A DNA stretch of 64,000 nt from an uncultured virus (IMG/VR IMGVR_UViG_3300031565_013700) (IMGVR_UViG_3300031565_013700); one strand, 5' to 3'. Numbered from the stretch's first letter, positions 1 to 9,933 are shown. Translations and numbers: made by a program. The notes: generated by a model not told the origin, from the letters alone.

Positions 1-47
1 GTCATGGAATATACGGGAGCCATGGATGACGACGAGGAAGAGGAGAA

Positions 48-236
48 ATGAGTTTCAGCCACAGATTCGGCGTAGGCATAGGCGGTAGTCCTGAGGACCC
101 TTATGAACCTCCGGTTTGTAGGGAATGTAAGAAGCCTTACTGCAGCGGCAAATGCTACAAACTCAAGATCTGGTGGCTTAAACAAGAGAAGGCCATCCAA
201 GAGCTCGAGGAGAAACAGCAACCCTTCAAGGAGTAA
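48..236 (+). CDS. small Cys-rich hypothetical protein
   Basis: GAGGAG before ATG; CxxC..C...C. Confidence 0.55.
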   Translation: MSFSHRFGVGIGGSPEDPYEPPVCRECKKPYCSGKCYKLKIWWLKQEKAIQELEEKQQPFKE

Positions 237-241
237 CAAGG

Positions 242-682
242 ATGTCGATAACCGAGGACACGGACTTACATTCAATGGCATTGAGGCACCATTACGTCGA
301 AATAGAGGGAGAGAAGTGGGAAATTGACACCGTCCAACTTGTGAAGGACCCTGAGCCCGATGACATTGTGAGCATCTTCTTGGTGCTAACCGATCATCTA
401 CTCGACATCCATTGGAAATACGAAACCATGATATTCAAGATTGAAAACGAGAAAAGGGTCACAACCATAGAGGATGGCGCCACCAGCTTTGGTTACTATC
501 GAAGCAATGAGTCCGAGGACATCGTGAAGGCGCATGATCAGATAGTCCAGCTCGTCGCAGAGGGACGGCTAAAGCCCGTCAAGGATGAGGAACCCAGCAA
601 TCTGCAGATATCGCCGGCCATAGTGAAAGCCATGACTCAGTTCGACACTGAGCACCCGGCCCTAAAAGAAGTGAACGGGTGA
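242..682 (+). CDS. hypothetical protein
   Basis: 146 aa ORF tightly packed with neighbours. Confidence 0.7.
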   Translation: MSITEDTDLHSMALRHHYVEIEGEKWEIDTVQLVKDPEPDDIVSIFLVLTDHLLDIHWKYETMIFKIENEKRVTTIEDGATSFGYYRSNESEDIVKAHDQIVQLVAEGRLKPVKDEEPSNLQISPAIVKAMTQFDTEHPALKEVNG

Positions 683-686
683 AAAC

Positions 687-956
687 ATGGAAGTAACCGA
701 GATACACAACGCAGAACAGATACAGGAGCTCATCATGAAGGCGGGGTTTAAGATGGACCCATATGCTAAGACCTACTTCAATGCCATGAAAGAAGCGGAG
801 AACACAGCCTACCAATTCGGGGCAACACCCGAAGAGGGGTTGAAGACACAGGTCCTCTACTTCTTCAGCAACGCCAAGGCCCGGACGCCCGAGCAGAAGC
901 AGCTCAAGAAAGACTTGTTAGCCTGGGCCAACTACACAGGATACAGGGTGAGGTGA
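687..956 (+). CDS. hypothetical protein
   Basis: GGTGA SD then ATG. Confidence 0.7.
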   Translation: MEVTEIHNAEQIQELIMKAGFKMDPYAKTYFNAMKEAENTAYQFGATPEEGLKTQVLYFFSNAKARTPEQKQLKKDLLAWANYTGYRVR

Positions 957-958
957 CT

Positions 959-1126
959 ATGGCGCAAGAGCCCCAATATCCTCTGCTTAGGTGTACTAAA
1001 TGCGGCTTTGAGGACATCCTTATTCAAGGAGTATTCGCAAACTGCCCTAAATGCGGCGGTAAACTAGAGTTAGTTGAGATGGTAACTCCAAACAGTCTAT
1101 ATTGGAAAGCTTCAGTTCACAACTGA
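959..1126 (+). CDS. small zinc-ribbon protein (not in ORF track)
   Basis: GAGGTGA SD; MAQEPQYPLLRCTKCG...CPKCGGKL; stop lies inside hairpin element at 1112. Confidence 0.65.
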   Translation: MAQEPQYPLLRCTKCGFEDILIQGVFANCPKCGGKLELVEMVTPNSLYWKASVHN

Positions 1127-1150
1127 GCACCTGGAGTACGCGTACAGGTG
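1112..1150 (+). promoter_or_regulatory. two-hairpin leader element, copy 1
   Basis: TCAG-TTCACAA-CTGA G CACCTG-11nt-CAGGTG. Confidence 0.8.
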
Positions 1151-1155
1151 AAAGC

Positions 1156-1323
1156 ATGACCGACTACAAAAAAGAGTTCAAACAAAGAGCGGAAACCTTT
1201 AGGGCATTCTCTCAAATGCTAAGCGACGATACCATAGAAATCAGCAACACACGCCTGCTCCAGATGGTCTGTGACCAGCTGGCTGAGCTCGCAGACTACT
1301 TAGCTGAACAGGTGGGAAAGTGA
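1156..1323 (+). CDS. hypothetical protein
   Basis: ATG after element SD; track start 1102 runs through the element. Confidence 0.6.
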   Translation: MTDYKKEFKQRAETFRAFSQMLSDDTIEISNTRLLQMVCDQLAELADYLAEQVGK

Positions 1324-1665
1324 ATGGGCGACATCATTTGCCGCAATTGCGGCGAGCCATGGGATGCCTATGGCGCCAGGCACGGCGACGATATGAGCCC
1401 TAGCGAATATCAGATGCTCATTAAGGGCATCGGTTGCCCCTCCTGTGAAGGCAAAACCATATACATCTGTAAAGCCAAAGATGAAGGCTGCTCAGACTAC
1501 AAGGATGGCAGATGTTACCGACCGGACCCTCTGGGGTGCAAGGACAAGACCCGTTGGAGGCCAAACAATGACGCTTTCTTGTCCAGTCTATCAGAGAGCA
1601 CGGATGGCGATGAGGCCCTGGACGCAGTCATGGATCTCGAGTTCCAGGAGAGGCGCAAAGGATGA
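1324..1665 (+). CDS. Cys-rich zinc-binding hypothetical protein
   Basis: CRNCGEPWD, GCPSC motifs. Confidence 0.7.
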   Translation: MGDIICRNCGEPWDAYGARHGDDMSPSEYQMLIKGIGCPSCEGKTIYICKAKDEGCSDYKDGRCYRPDPLGCKDKTRWRPNNDAFLSSLSESTDGDEALDAVMDLEFQERRKG

Positions 1666-1810
1666 TAACCGTTTTCAGCGACGACCCTGATGGATTCTGG
1701 TGGGTTCACCTATTCAATAGGGAGGAGCTGCGAAACCACGTGCACCGCAGGGAGATCGTAAGGCACAACAGGATCGCCTATAACTGGAGCCCATACTGGG
1801 AGTAAAGATC

Positions 1811-2101
1811 ATGACAACCACATATCCCACGGAGAAGACAGCCATAAAGATGGGTGTCTACTTTGCCACGGGAAGCAGGGATGGAGAGCCTACTTTCGTA
1901 GAGGAGCAGGAGATGACAACTGCGCTGTCCGAGATGATGCCTGAGATGGCCAAGCACTTCGGAGACCAGCCTGTGAAGAAGGTGAAGGTCTACGAGATCG
2001 TGAATAGCAAGGGCGGTAAAGCACAATTCGCGGTGGGCCCATTCAGGGATGGCTACGAGTTATGGCTCATCGGACCTGGAGGCATGATGCTGAGAACATG
2101 A
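1811..2101 (+). CDS. hypothetical protein
   Basis: GGAG SD, packed ORF. Confidence 0.65.
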   Translation: MTTTYPTEKTAIKMGVYFATGSRDGEPTFVEEQEMTTALSEMMPEMAKHFGDQPVKKVKVYEIVNSKGGKAQFAVGPFRDGYELWLIGPGGMMLRT

Positions 2102-2201
2102 CCACATTGATCGTATGTAAGAAAGGCCGACACTATCCCAGCTGCCCCAAAAACAAGAAGAACAAGCTCGGCTGCGCTAGATGTAAGGATGGAAGAAAGG
2201 C

Positions 2202-2378
2202 GTGACAAAGACACGGGAACAGCTCGAGGCTGAGTGGGCCCGACTCTATCCTATGCACAAAAAGGAAACACTTGAGGCCTACAATGACACTGTGAGGAGA
2301 GGAAATAAGCAGACCTACTCCGAGTTCGTTGAGGCTGTCCGAAAGGATTGGGTCGAGGAAATGCTAAAGAAACCATGA
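2202..2378 (+). CDS. 58 aa hypothetical protein (not in ORF track)
   Basis: GTG...TGA, MTKTREQLEAEWARLYP...EEMLKKP. Confidence 0.5.
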   Translation: MTKTREQLEAEWARLYPMHKKETLEAYNDTVRRGNKQTYSEFVEAVRKDWVEEMLKKP

Positions 2379-2472
2379 CAGTCCACATGGACAACCCGGA
2401 GTAAAGCAGCATCCTGCAGCCGATGGAAACATCGGGGAGCCGGGTTAACTCGAATGTGAACAGGTGAATAAC

Positions 2473-2667
2473 ATGTCTGTAAGAGAAGAGATCATAGAGA
2501 TCCTCAAGAAAAGCGGCGACTGGATGACGACGCATGAGATCAACTTCAAGCGGCGGGGCTGCTCAAGTATCACGGGAGCAGAGTTGGCCATGATGCTAAG
2601 GGCAGACCTCGTGGAGAGGAAATATGAGGATTCTCAGAACCACTATAGGCTAACGAAATCCGTGTAA
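2473..2667 (+). CDS. small winged-helix protein
   Basis: EIIEILKK..WMTTHEI...ELAMMLRADLVER pattern. Confidence 0.6.
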   Translation: MSVREEIIEILKKSGDWMTTHEINFKRRGCSSITGAELAMMLRADLVERKYEDSQNHYRLTKSV

Positions 2668-2668
2668 C

Positions 2669-2708
2669 CTCGGCTCACTACCGGGCACCTGGTGAATGCG
2701 TACAGGTG
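2669..2708 (+). promoter_or_regulatory. two-hairpin leader element
   Basis: CTCGG-CTCACTA-CCGGG CACCTG-GTGAATGCGTA-CAGGTG. Confidence 0.85.
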
Positions 2709-2713
2709 ATGAC

Positions 2714-3025
2714 TTGCCAACATGGATATATCCTGAGCGGGATGAGGCTTTCCTAAAGAAGCTGCTTGAAACATTCAGATCAAAACCAGGGTGGGAACAT
2801 ACTGAGATATACCAATCCCAGCATGTCCTGAAACACAGAACAAACGGTGAGTTGACCAACCCCCAATATCTAGCCACGATGGACCCCAAAGGCATCGGAG
2901 GTGACAAGGTTCATCTCTGGCGAGACGGGCAGACATGGTGGCCTATGAGTGGGGATTTTTCATTCGCTGATGAGGATTTGATCGAGTCAACACTCAGTTC
3001 CTTGCTCAGTTCAGAACTGAAGTAA
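2714..3025 (+). CDS. hypothetical protein
   Basis: TTG after element SD. Confidence 0.6.
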   Translation: MPTWIYPERDEAFLKKLLETFRSKPGWEHTEIYQSQHVLKHRTNGELTNPQYLATMDPKGIGGDKVHLWRDGQTWWPMSGDFSFADEDLIESTLSSLLSSELK

Positions 3026-3041
3026 CAAAGGAGCAGATGAA

Positions 3042-3398
3042 ATGTCCGATACAGTTTACGCCTATGGAGCTGGCTGTGCTAATGGCGCCGTCAAGATCGT
3101 CAGGCGACCACCCTCGAGGGGTTTAGGAAAGAACAGATACTACGTCTATCCCCTCGAGAAGATAGAACGTGTCTACGTCTTAGGCAGTGGGGTAATGTAT
3201 AGCCTCATTTGGAGCAAGGCCCCGGTGAGGGAGCGCGGCTCAAACTTCTACACCTACAAGCCTTATGAGGACAAAGATGTGGCTAAAGACATCACACTAG
3301 CCCTCATAAACCACGTTATCAAAATGCATAACGCCCTATGGCACACGACCAGAAGCCTGATGCCAAACGAGGTCCCTAAAGGATTTAGATCCTACTAA
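3042..3398 (+). CDS. hypothetical protein
   Basis: ORF bounded by elements on both sides. Confidence 0.65.
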   Translation: MSDTVYAYGAGCANGAVKIVRRPPSRGLGKNRYYVYPLEKIERVYVLGSGVMYSLIWSKAPVRERGSNFYTYKPYEDKDVAKDITLALINHVIKMHNALWHTTRSLMPNEVPKGFRSY

Positions 3399-3438
3399 CC
3401 GGGTTCACTACCCGGCACCTGGTGAATGAGTACAGGTG
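3399..3438 (+). promoter_or_regulatory. two-hairpin leader element
   Basis: CCGGG-TTCACTA-CCCGG CACCTG-GTGAATGAGTA-CAGGTG. Confidence 0.85.
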
Positions 3439-3444
3439 ATAAGG

Positions 3445-3729
3445 ATGAAGATAGATGCAAAGCTACTGGAAACCCAGAGACTACTAGGAATCGCTGAAGC
3501 ATACAACAAGATCGATGCCCTCAGAAACGAGAACCCGGGCTTCGGCCCGACACTCGACGCAGCCTTGAAGGAGATCGATGTTCTCATCAAGTCAGTTCTC
3601 CACACAGACATGGTGAAGGCTAAGGTCTACTCTGAAGAGGACTATGATGCACTGCCAGATGAGATTTGGATTAGGTTCGCCTCCGCCCACCTCAACAGGT
3701 ACTGGCGGCTCGGAGCCCAACCCAAATAG
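3445..3729 (+). CDS. hypothetical protein
   Basis: ATG after element SD. Confidence 0.65.
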   Translation: MKIDAKLLETQRLLGIAEAYNKIDALRNENPGFGPTLDAALKEIDVLIKSVLHTDMVKAKVYSEEDYDALPDEIWIRFASAHLNRYWRLGAQPK

Positions 3730-3735
3730 GTACGG

Positions 3736-4380
3736 GTGAAACTAATGCCAAAGAAACCGAAGATGACTAAGCAACGTGAACGACTTCTAGCTGACCTGAC
3801 ACGTCTAGCCATTCTCAGAAGCGGCGAGAAGGATAGCCTAAGCGCCCCGATGAGGATCGGGAGCAGGTGTTTCCTGTGGTTGGGCGTCGGGATAGTGGGA
3901 ATAGAGTCAGTGATCCAAGCCGACTACCACGCCAAGACCTTCACCACTAGACGGCGACACATCATCGAGATCGATGAACAGACAGGCGAGGTCTTACACA
4001 TCCATGCCGATCAGCTGGTGGGTTTTAAGGCCGGCTCATGGGAATCCCTCAAGAAATCTGTGGGCATAGAGCAGGACATAGGCTACCCATACATCTTCTG
4101 GCTCTACTGGACCCCCGGCGGAGATGAGATGATGTTTGGTTACCGGACTACCTATGGCTACTTTGAGGCAGATGGAAACTGGCCTGTGTGGTTGGAGCTT
4201 CAACGGCTCAACCCCAAAGTCTTCTACAACCACGAGATTGCCCCGCTTCTAGGCAGCAGTGAGGAAGAGGGAACCCATGCCCTGCTAATCGAGCGGGAAG
4301 GAGAGAGAGCCTCGGATCCGCCCACCGTCTACCTAGCCGAGAAGAAGTTCATCTACGACTACTTCGGCCCTACCAGTTAG
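3736..4380 (+). CDS. hypothetical protein
   Basis: 214 aa packed ORF. Confidence 0.65.
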   Translation: MKLMPKKPKMTKQRERLLADLTRLAILRSGEKDSLSAPMRIGSRCFLWLGVGIVGIESVIQADYHAKTFTTRRRHIIEIDEQTGEVLHIHADQLVGFKAGSWESLKKSVGIEQDIGYPYIFWLYWTPGGDEMMFGYRTTYGYFEADGNWPVWLELQRLNPKVFYNHEIAPLLGSSEEEGTHALLIEREGERASDPPTVYLAEKKFIYDYFGPTS

Positions 4381-4480
4381 TTTCAGGTTTCGGATTATGC
4401 CCCGGGGCATAATTTTCCTGAGAATACAGGCTCTTTCCAGAAAGCAGGCAAATATAGCAGAGAAGCTTTCCTGACAGTCT

Positions 4481-4520
4481 GCGGTGTCAAAAGCCGCCCT
4501 CTGGTGAATGCGTACAGAGG
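4481..4520 (+). promoter_or_regulatory. two-hairpin leader element (GTCAAA loop variant)
   Basis: GCGGT-GTCAAAA-GCCGC CCTCTG-GTGAATGCGTA-CAGAGG. Confidence 0.8.
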
Positions 4521-4528
4521 AATGACTA

Positions 4529-4825
4529 ATGGCCGAATATACACCGGACAAACCAGAGAAGATCGAGTGGAATGAGCACCCCGCCGTCCAGGGACTGGAT
4601 GAGTTTGTGCGTGTCGAGCTAGACAGACAGTGCGAGGGATCCTTCTTCAGTGAGGCTTACGCAGATGCCCACTCTATCAACGACCTCAAGACCGGCGCCA
4701 GGAACTGGGCAGAGGAGCAGATCGAGACCTTCCAGAGGTTGCTCAAAAAGATCGAGAGCCTGCCCGACAGTGATGAGGAGGAGATTGAAGTTGAAGACAT
4801 GGAGCATAGTGGCAGCGAATCCTGA
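4529..4825 (+). CDS. acidic hypothetical protein
   Basis: ATG after element SD. Confidence 0.65.
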   Translation: MAEYTPDKPEKIEWNEHPAVQGLDEFVRVELDRQCEGSFFSEAYADAHSINDLKTGARNWAEEQIETFQRLLKKIESLPDSDEEEIEVEDMEHSGSES

Positions 4826-5583
4826 GGATAAGAGATCCGAGAGCACAGCCATATCCCACGAAGAGGTCCTGCAGTGCGTAAGGAAGGCCCTGGAGCGCGA
4901 GGATACTCTGATAACCATAACGAGGGAATCATGATGAGCATAAACCAAGACCAAGCGAGGCTCCTAACCAGAGCCATACAATATGGCTTCAAACAACTGG
5001 AGCCACTACGCAACATCGGGAACGAGGAGTTCTTCGATCAAACCACGGACCTAGCAATGGTTGAGCTGGCTCACAGCATGAACAGGAAGGGCCTGTTACT
5101 CAACGACGAGGTAGAGCAGTTCGTCAAGATGCTGAAAGAGGAGCCAACACCATGACCAGAGGAGAGCTAGAGGAAGCCTATGTCAACTACTATCGCCGAG
5201 CATGGGATACAAATAGTGGCCTCACCACAGAAAAGATAAAAGAGATGACCGATGATGAGCTCAGAAAAGCCACAAGATCGCTCAAAGAAATCTCCGAAAG
5301 AAGGTAAGACGTACTGGAGAGGCGCCCTAGCGGACATCGTTGTGAAGGCTGAGAAATTCGACGAAGCCGAGAAACTGATCTTAGAGAAGATCAAAGACGG
5401 CGACGTCCCATTACTCAGCGTGGAACAGGACTCCGCCTTGGACGATCCAGACTACATCTTCCGAGACATAGATGAGGAGCCGAAGATCTTTGAGGACCAG
5501 ACCTGCCAAGATGCTCCATGCGGAGCAGCTCCGCTAGGCTGCTCCGATAAGCGTTACTGTCCACGAGCATAGTCAAGCATAAC

Positions 5584-5623
5584 CCAGGTTCACGACCTGG
5601 CACCTGGTGAACGCGTACAGGTG
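5584..5623 (+). promoter_or_regulatory. two-hairpin leader element
   Basis: CCAGG-TTCACGA-CCTGG CACCTG-GTGAACGCGTA-CAGGTG. Confidence 0.85.
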
Positions 5624-5629
5624 AATGAA

Positions 5630-5935
5630 TTGTTTCCAGAATATGAGGGATTTCTAGTACTGCCTGTAGATGGGGGGCTTCCCGATTGGGGGCAAACCCG
5701 ACTCTACAAAGCTGAAGACAGAGATGAGGCTATTGCTTATGCCAAAGAACTTCTCTCCAACCGAGACATACCAGTACCCGAGGACGTCGACGAGGATGAT
5801 TGGTACAAAGGAGTGGACGTCAATACACACTCCGAGGAAATCGGAGAGTCCAAAGACTGTGTGCACATCATCTTCTTTACACCCTCCAGCGCTTGGCGAT
5901 GGTGGGTACCGGCTGACTGGCCGAAAGAGGAGTAA
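5630..5935 (+). CDS. hypothetical protein
   Basis: In-frame TTG after element SD. Confidence 0.6.
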   Translation: MFPEYEGFLVLPVDGGLPDWGQTRLYKAEDRDEAIAYAKELLSNRDIPVPEDVDEDDWYKGVDVNTHSEEIGESKDCVHIIFFTPSSAWRWWVPADWPKEE

Positions 5936-5937
5936 CC

Positions 5938-6174
5938 ATGAACCCGCACAACAAGAAGTTAGCAGCACACATCATCGACAAGGTTGAAGAAGCCATTAGG
6001 GACGAGTGGCCCGTGATCGACAAGATCGCCCAGGCCAACATCGTCGACGGCGAGCATGTCAACACCCTGCTCCATGGCGCAGTCTACTATGCCCTCGAGG
6101 ACGAGATAGCTGAAGAGATGGTCACCGGCGTCGATGTTCTCGGAGACTATGATGACATGGAGAAGGAGGAATAG
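5938..6174 (+). CDS. hypothetical protein
   Basis: GAGGAG SD. Confidence 0.65.
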   Translation: MNPHNKKLAAHIIDKVEEAIRDEWPVIDKIAQANIVDGEHVNTLLHGAVYYALEDEIAEEMVTGVDVLGDYDDMEKEE

Positions 6175-6504
6175 ATGTGCCGACAAAGAGAGAGATCCGC
6201 ATCTACATCAGCACGCCGATAACTGATCACGAGATCGACAAACTGATGGCCGCAATCGAGAAGGTTGCCCACGTCCTTATCTTACCTGAATACATCAGCG
6301 TCGTGGAGGTTCAGTAACATGGGATGCCCATATGTCAGAAACGAAACCGCGCAGGTAATGACCCCGAAGGGTCCGAGAACCATCACAGTAAGCAGCGCAA
6401 CACACTGCCCCGAATGTGACAGCACAAACATCAGGATGACAGACGCCGAGTGCAAGTGCATGAACTGTGGACACGTCCTGTGCGGCGCCATACCCCAATG
6501 TTAG

Positions 6505-6768
6505 GTGGCAGATAGAATGTCGATTAAGGTATGCCCCAACTGTGGAAAAGAGTATGAAACCGACCTCGAGGCCCGTGATCCACGGGATCCTCGTCCAATA
6601 CAGAAAATCTACCCTGACGCTGAGCCATATCAACGCGAGCAACTGAAATTAGGGCTCTGTTCTGACAAATGCTTCGATGAATACGTAGGTACAGAGGAAG
6701 AGTATACCTACGACGAGAAGGGAAGACGTTTCAAGGACGGAGAAAGGAAGCTTTACGCAGGCGGTTAA
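6505..6768 (+). CDS. zinc-binding hypothetical protein
   Basis: CPNCG...CSDKC. Confidence 0.65.
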   Translation: MADRMSIKVCPNCGKEYETDLEARDPRDPRPIQKIYPDAEPYQREQLKLGLCSDKCFDEYVGTEEEYTYDEKGRRFKDGERKLYAGG

Positions 6769-7034
6769 CCATGAGCCTAATCCAGACCTTCACAACCATA
6801 GGACCACCGGATTCTCATGGCTCCTACTCGAAGCAGAGAATAAAATGCCATCTAGTCAACAAAGAAGTCATTCTAACGGCCCAACAGCAGGGCATAGTGA
6901 CCTGCAGCGAATGGAAGAAGTGCCAAAAGCACAGACAGCGTGGCATCAAGCCCTGCCCCGAGCTTTTCGCGGAGGCCGTGCTTAGAAAAACGTTGATAGA
7001 CTCCGGAAAGGTAGGTCTAAAGTATGGCAAACGA

Positions 7035-7077
7035 CCCGACGGAAACGCGGGCTCCCGGCCTAAACACTGAACGGGAG
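7035..7077 (+). promoter_or_regulatory. two-hairpin leader element (GAAA loop variant)
   Basis: CCCG-ACGGAAACG-CGGG CTCCCG-GCCTAAACACTGAA-CGGGAG. Confidence 0.65.
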
Positions 7078-7085
7078 AAAAAGAT

Positions 7086-7664
7086 ATGAAGATACTATAC
7101 TTCCGACCGGATACAGTGGATTGCACAGCCGATCCACACGTGGTAAACTACAGCGACAGGCAGGTAATGCTAGACGATGTGCTGAAGGTACTAGAATCAA
7201 AGCTAGTGAAGTCGATAACAAGCATCACTGTCTACAATGGCAGCAACACGGTCCTAGAGTCAGACGACTACTCGGTTTTCAGTGGCTCCTACAGCAAGGA
7301 CGAGCCCCCGACAAGGAAACTGGCCACCGGCGAGTATGCCAAGATCCACAAGGTGGAAGGACTCTACTTCTCGGAGGACGCGGCAGACGACAGGAAGATC
7401 CCAGTTGGCTTAACGGGGTTCAGGCATCTCATGAAAGTCATTCCCGAGATTCTTCCCTGGGAATCCTTCGACTCCATCAAGATTGGGGTCGTCTGGGCCT
7501 TTTCCAATGACCACAGCTGCTCGGACTACATCACCGCCGACTTCGCAGAGAGCACCGTCGATTACAGCAACCAGGACTGGTGGATGAGCAACATAAGCTA
7601 CAAGCAGCACTGCCGGGAGCTTTCCGAGCTCATAGGCCAAGAGATAGAGGCGAACGAGGAGTAA
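7086..7664 (+). CDS. hypothetical protein
   Basis: 192 aa, ATG after variant element. Confidence 0.7.
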   Translation: MKILYFRPDTVDCTADPHVVNYSDRQVMLDDVLKVLESKLVKSITSITVYNGSNTVLESDDYSVFSGSYSKDEPPTRKLATGEYAKIHKVEGLYFSEDAADDRKIPVGLTGFRHLMKVIPEILPWESFDSIKIGVVWAFSNDHSCSDYITADFAESTVDYSNQDWWMSNISYKQHCRELSELIGQEIEANEE

Positions 7665-7822
7665 ACGATGGTCGAAGAAGATCCCCATCTCATTGCTCTG
7701 AGCATGGCCGAGAAGATCAAGGATCCCCAGACTAGGGCCACTCTCAGCTACATGCTGGGTATGCTCAAATTCCTAGATATAAAAGTCCAGGACCTCGAGG
7801 CAAAGGTGGTTGCGTTAAGCAA

Positions 7823-8632
7823 ATGATGCAGATACCACATGAATGCATTAACCGAATACCCTTCGATAACCCCAAGCCACTTACTGCCCACATACTGCTG
7901 AACACCGAGTGCAACCTTGGTTGCGATGGATGTTTCTACAGAAAGCGGGAGCCGAAGGAAATTAGGCTTCAGGATCTGACACTGCTGCTGAAGGACCTCG
8001 CCTTGGGCGGGGTGCGATCGGTCGCCTTTGGAGGCGGGGAGCCCATGCTTTACAGCATGATCGACTCCGCAGTGGCGGAGGCAAGGAGCCTTGGCCTGTA
8101 TGTGGCTGTGACCACGAATCCCACGACCAGGCATGTTTTCAGCATACCACCGGACAGGATTCATGTCAGTTACAGCGCGATGCACTACCGAGCCATACGA
8201 AAGACCGGCGCCCTGCCCTTCGATGAGTTGAAGAAGGCCCTGAAGTTCTACGGTGGGCAGGCTATGACGATTGGCATTAACTACATCTACGAGAACTTTG
8301 CCCACTTCAAGCTGCTTAATGAGTTGACGCCGGAGGCGGACACCTTCACTATACTGCTGAAGAAGCCGGTGGAGAAGAGACAGAGGAAGCCCGATTACTG
8401 GGCACCGATGTTCGAGTACATCAAGGAAGACAGGGAGAGGTTCTGGATTGACGCTTGCCTAGTGAAACTGGTTAAGGGCACCCACTGCAGACAGGGCATA
8501 TCCAGCCTCAGCATCGACCAAAATCTCTTTGCTCACAGATGTTCAAACACCGAGCGGGCATGGCCATATACCACGCTGAAGGAAACCTGGGAACAGGTCA
8601 AGACATTCGACGAGTGCATATTATCGGGTTAA
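7823..8632 (+). CDS. radical SAM protein
   Basis: CNLGCDGC (CxxxCxxC), GGGEP, TTN, C-terminal SPASM/twitch-like Cys. Confidence 0.85.
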   Translation: MMQIPHECINRIPFDNPKPLTAHILLNTECNLGCDGCFYRKREPKEIRLQDLTLLLKDLALGGVRSVAFGGGEPMLYSMIDSAVAEARSLGLYVAVTTNPTTRHVFSIPPDRIHVSYSAMHYRAIRKTGALPFDELKKALKFYGGQAMTIGINYIYENFAHFKLLNELTPEADTFTILLKKPVEKRQRKPDYWAPMFEYIKEDRERFWIDACLVKLVKGTHCRQGISSLSIDQNLFAHRCSNTERAWPYTTLKETWEQVKTFDECILSG

Positions 8633-8667
8633 CTACCCGACTCCTGGCCTAAAAAACTAAGCAGGAG
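8624..8667 (+). promoter_or_regulatory. two-hairpin leader element
   Basis: TCGGG-TTAACTA-CCCGA CTCCTG-15nt-CAGGAG. Confidence 0.85.
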
Positions 8668-8673
8668 TTAGAT

Positions 8674-9168
8674 ATGACAACACACGCAGCGGTCCTGATC
8701 CAGGACTGGAATAGCCCATGGCAAGTATACTACGCCAAGATGGATGGCTACCCATTCGGCCTGGGGGTGAAACTGATCAGAGAATTAGCGAAATACGATA
8801 ACGTGCAGAGGATCAGTGAACCCTTGAAGGCAGAGGAGGAGATCACTAAGGCTCTCGGCCTTAACAAATGCTTCAGGTTGGAGAGACACGAAGTCGAGAA
8901 GGTCTTCACGGAGAACTTCACCGACCTCGAGTGGGTCTATACCGTCGACAACTTTGCACATCCGCCGGATATCCTAGGCATCAACATCTACAAGACAAGC
9001 AACCTAGTTGCCGGGCCACCTTTCATCTGGCAGGTCTATGATAGAATCCTCTCATATATTGAGCTGGATAAACTCGAGGACCTGATGGAAGAGTTGGAGC
9101 GCACAGGGAATGCAACCAAAAACATGCTGATGGCCTACGTTAACAGCCGCCCATGCTTCATACCCTAA
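8674..9168 (+). CDS. conserved viral hypothetical protein (DGYP motif)
   Basis: YYAKMDGYPFGLG...DLEWVYTVD. Confidence 0.65.
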   Translation: MTTHAAVLIQDWNSPWQVYYAKMDGYPFGLGVKLIRELAKYDNVQRISEPLKAEEEITKALGLNKCFRLERHEVEKVFTENFTDLEWVYTVDNFAHPPDILGINIYKTSNLVAGPPFIWQVYDRILSYIELDKLEDLMEELERTGNATKNMLMAYVNSRPCFIP

Positions 9169-9208
9169 CTCGGTTCACTACCGAGCACCTGAAGTATGCG
9201 AGCAGGTG
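9169..9208 (+). promoter_or_regulatory. two-hairpin leader element
   Basis: CTCGG-TTCACTA-CCGAG CACCTG-AAGTATGCGAG-CAGGTG. Confidence 0.85.
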
Positions 9209-9213
9209 AATAA

Positions 9214-9933
9214 ATGGAAACAGCTAAAGAGTACGACCCATGGCCATTGGACAACAACAGGAAATTCAAGAGCAGGTTCTTCACCAAAAAGGAGCTCACA
9301 GAGAAGCAGCAGCAGAATGACTGGCTCAAACACGGCGGCATAGACTTCGAGGAGGGCGGCCTCATGGGCCCCTACCAGGACTACCATGACTACTCCTATT
9401 CATACTACGAGTGCATGACGATCGAGGAGCTGAAGCGTGCCTTCCTCTACGGAAACTGGTCCATCAGACAGGGATTCACGTACAAGAACCTGGCCTTCAT
9501 CAACCAGGTCAACGCCGGCGATGAATGGTGGACACTGAAGAAGTTCGAGGACGGCAGACTCCTGGCCTTCGAGAGCATAACAATGATCCGGACGATCAAC
9601 CATGAGGTAGAATCATGGGCTCAAGACTTCCGATGCGAAGAGGCCTCCGATAAAGATGGCCGCTTCCGCATAATACGGAAGGGAGATGCTGAGAGAAAGG
9701 CAGAGGAGATGACCAATAGCTTCCATGCAGAGTATCCGGAGTATGCCAATAAGAGGGCAAGATACAAGGTAGGTGATCCCAAGGACCCCTCAAACGACTT
9801 CGGGATCTACTTCGTTGACGTCGCCGTATACTACTTCCCGGAGTACATTGAGCAGCTACTGAACGCCACATATGAGCAATGCAAGGGCCTCAAATACACC
9901 AGCGAGGAATTTAACAAGAAGTGGAAAGAGTAG
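9214..9933 (+). CDS. hypothetical protein of mobile elements
   Basis: GNWSIRQGF...AFINQVNAGDEWWTLK. Confidence 0.7.
   Translation: METAKEYDPWPLDNNRKFKSRFFTKKELTEKQQQNDWLKHGGIDFEEGGLMGPYQDYHDYSYSYYECMTIEELKRAFLYGNWSIRQGFTYKNLAFINQVNAGDEWWTLKKFEDGRLLAFESITMIRTINHEVESWAQDFRCEEASDKDGRFRIIRKGDAERKAEEMTNSFHAEYPEYANKRARYKVGDPKDPSNDFGIYFVDVAVYYFPEYIEQLLNATYEQCKGLKYTSEEFNKKWKE

Noticed and set aside
2381..2450. Hammerhead or twister ribozyme
   Set aside because: No CUGANGA core or twister consensus seen; kept only as an unclassified structure.
3399..3438. tRNA genes suggested by GGTTC loops
   Set aside because: No D-arm, anticodon arm or proper acceptor stem; no full cloverleaf found in the window.
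7025..7077. c-di-GMP-I riboswitch (GGCAAAC...GAAA...GGCCTAAAC resemblance)
   Set aside because: Lacks the GACGCAAAGC junction and P1 closure; better explained as a variant of the local two-hairpin element.
8624..8667. Elements as intrinsic terminators
   Set aside because: No U-tract follows; they lead straight into SD and start codons.
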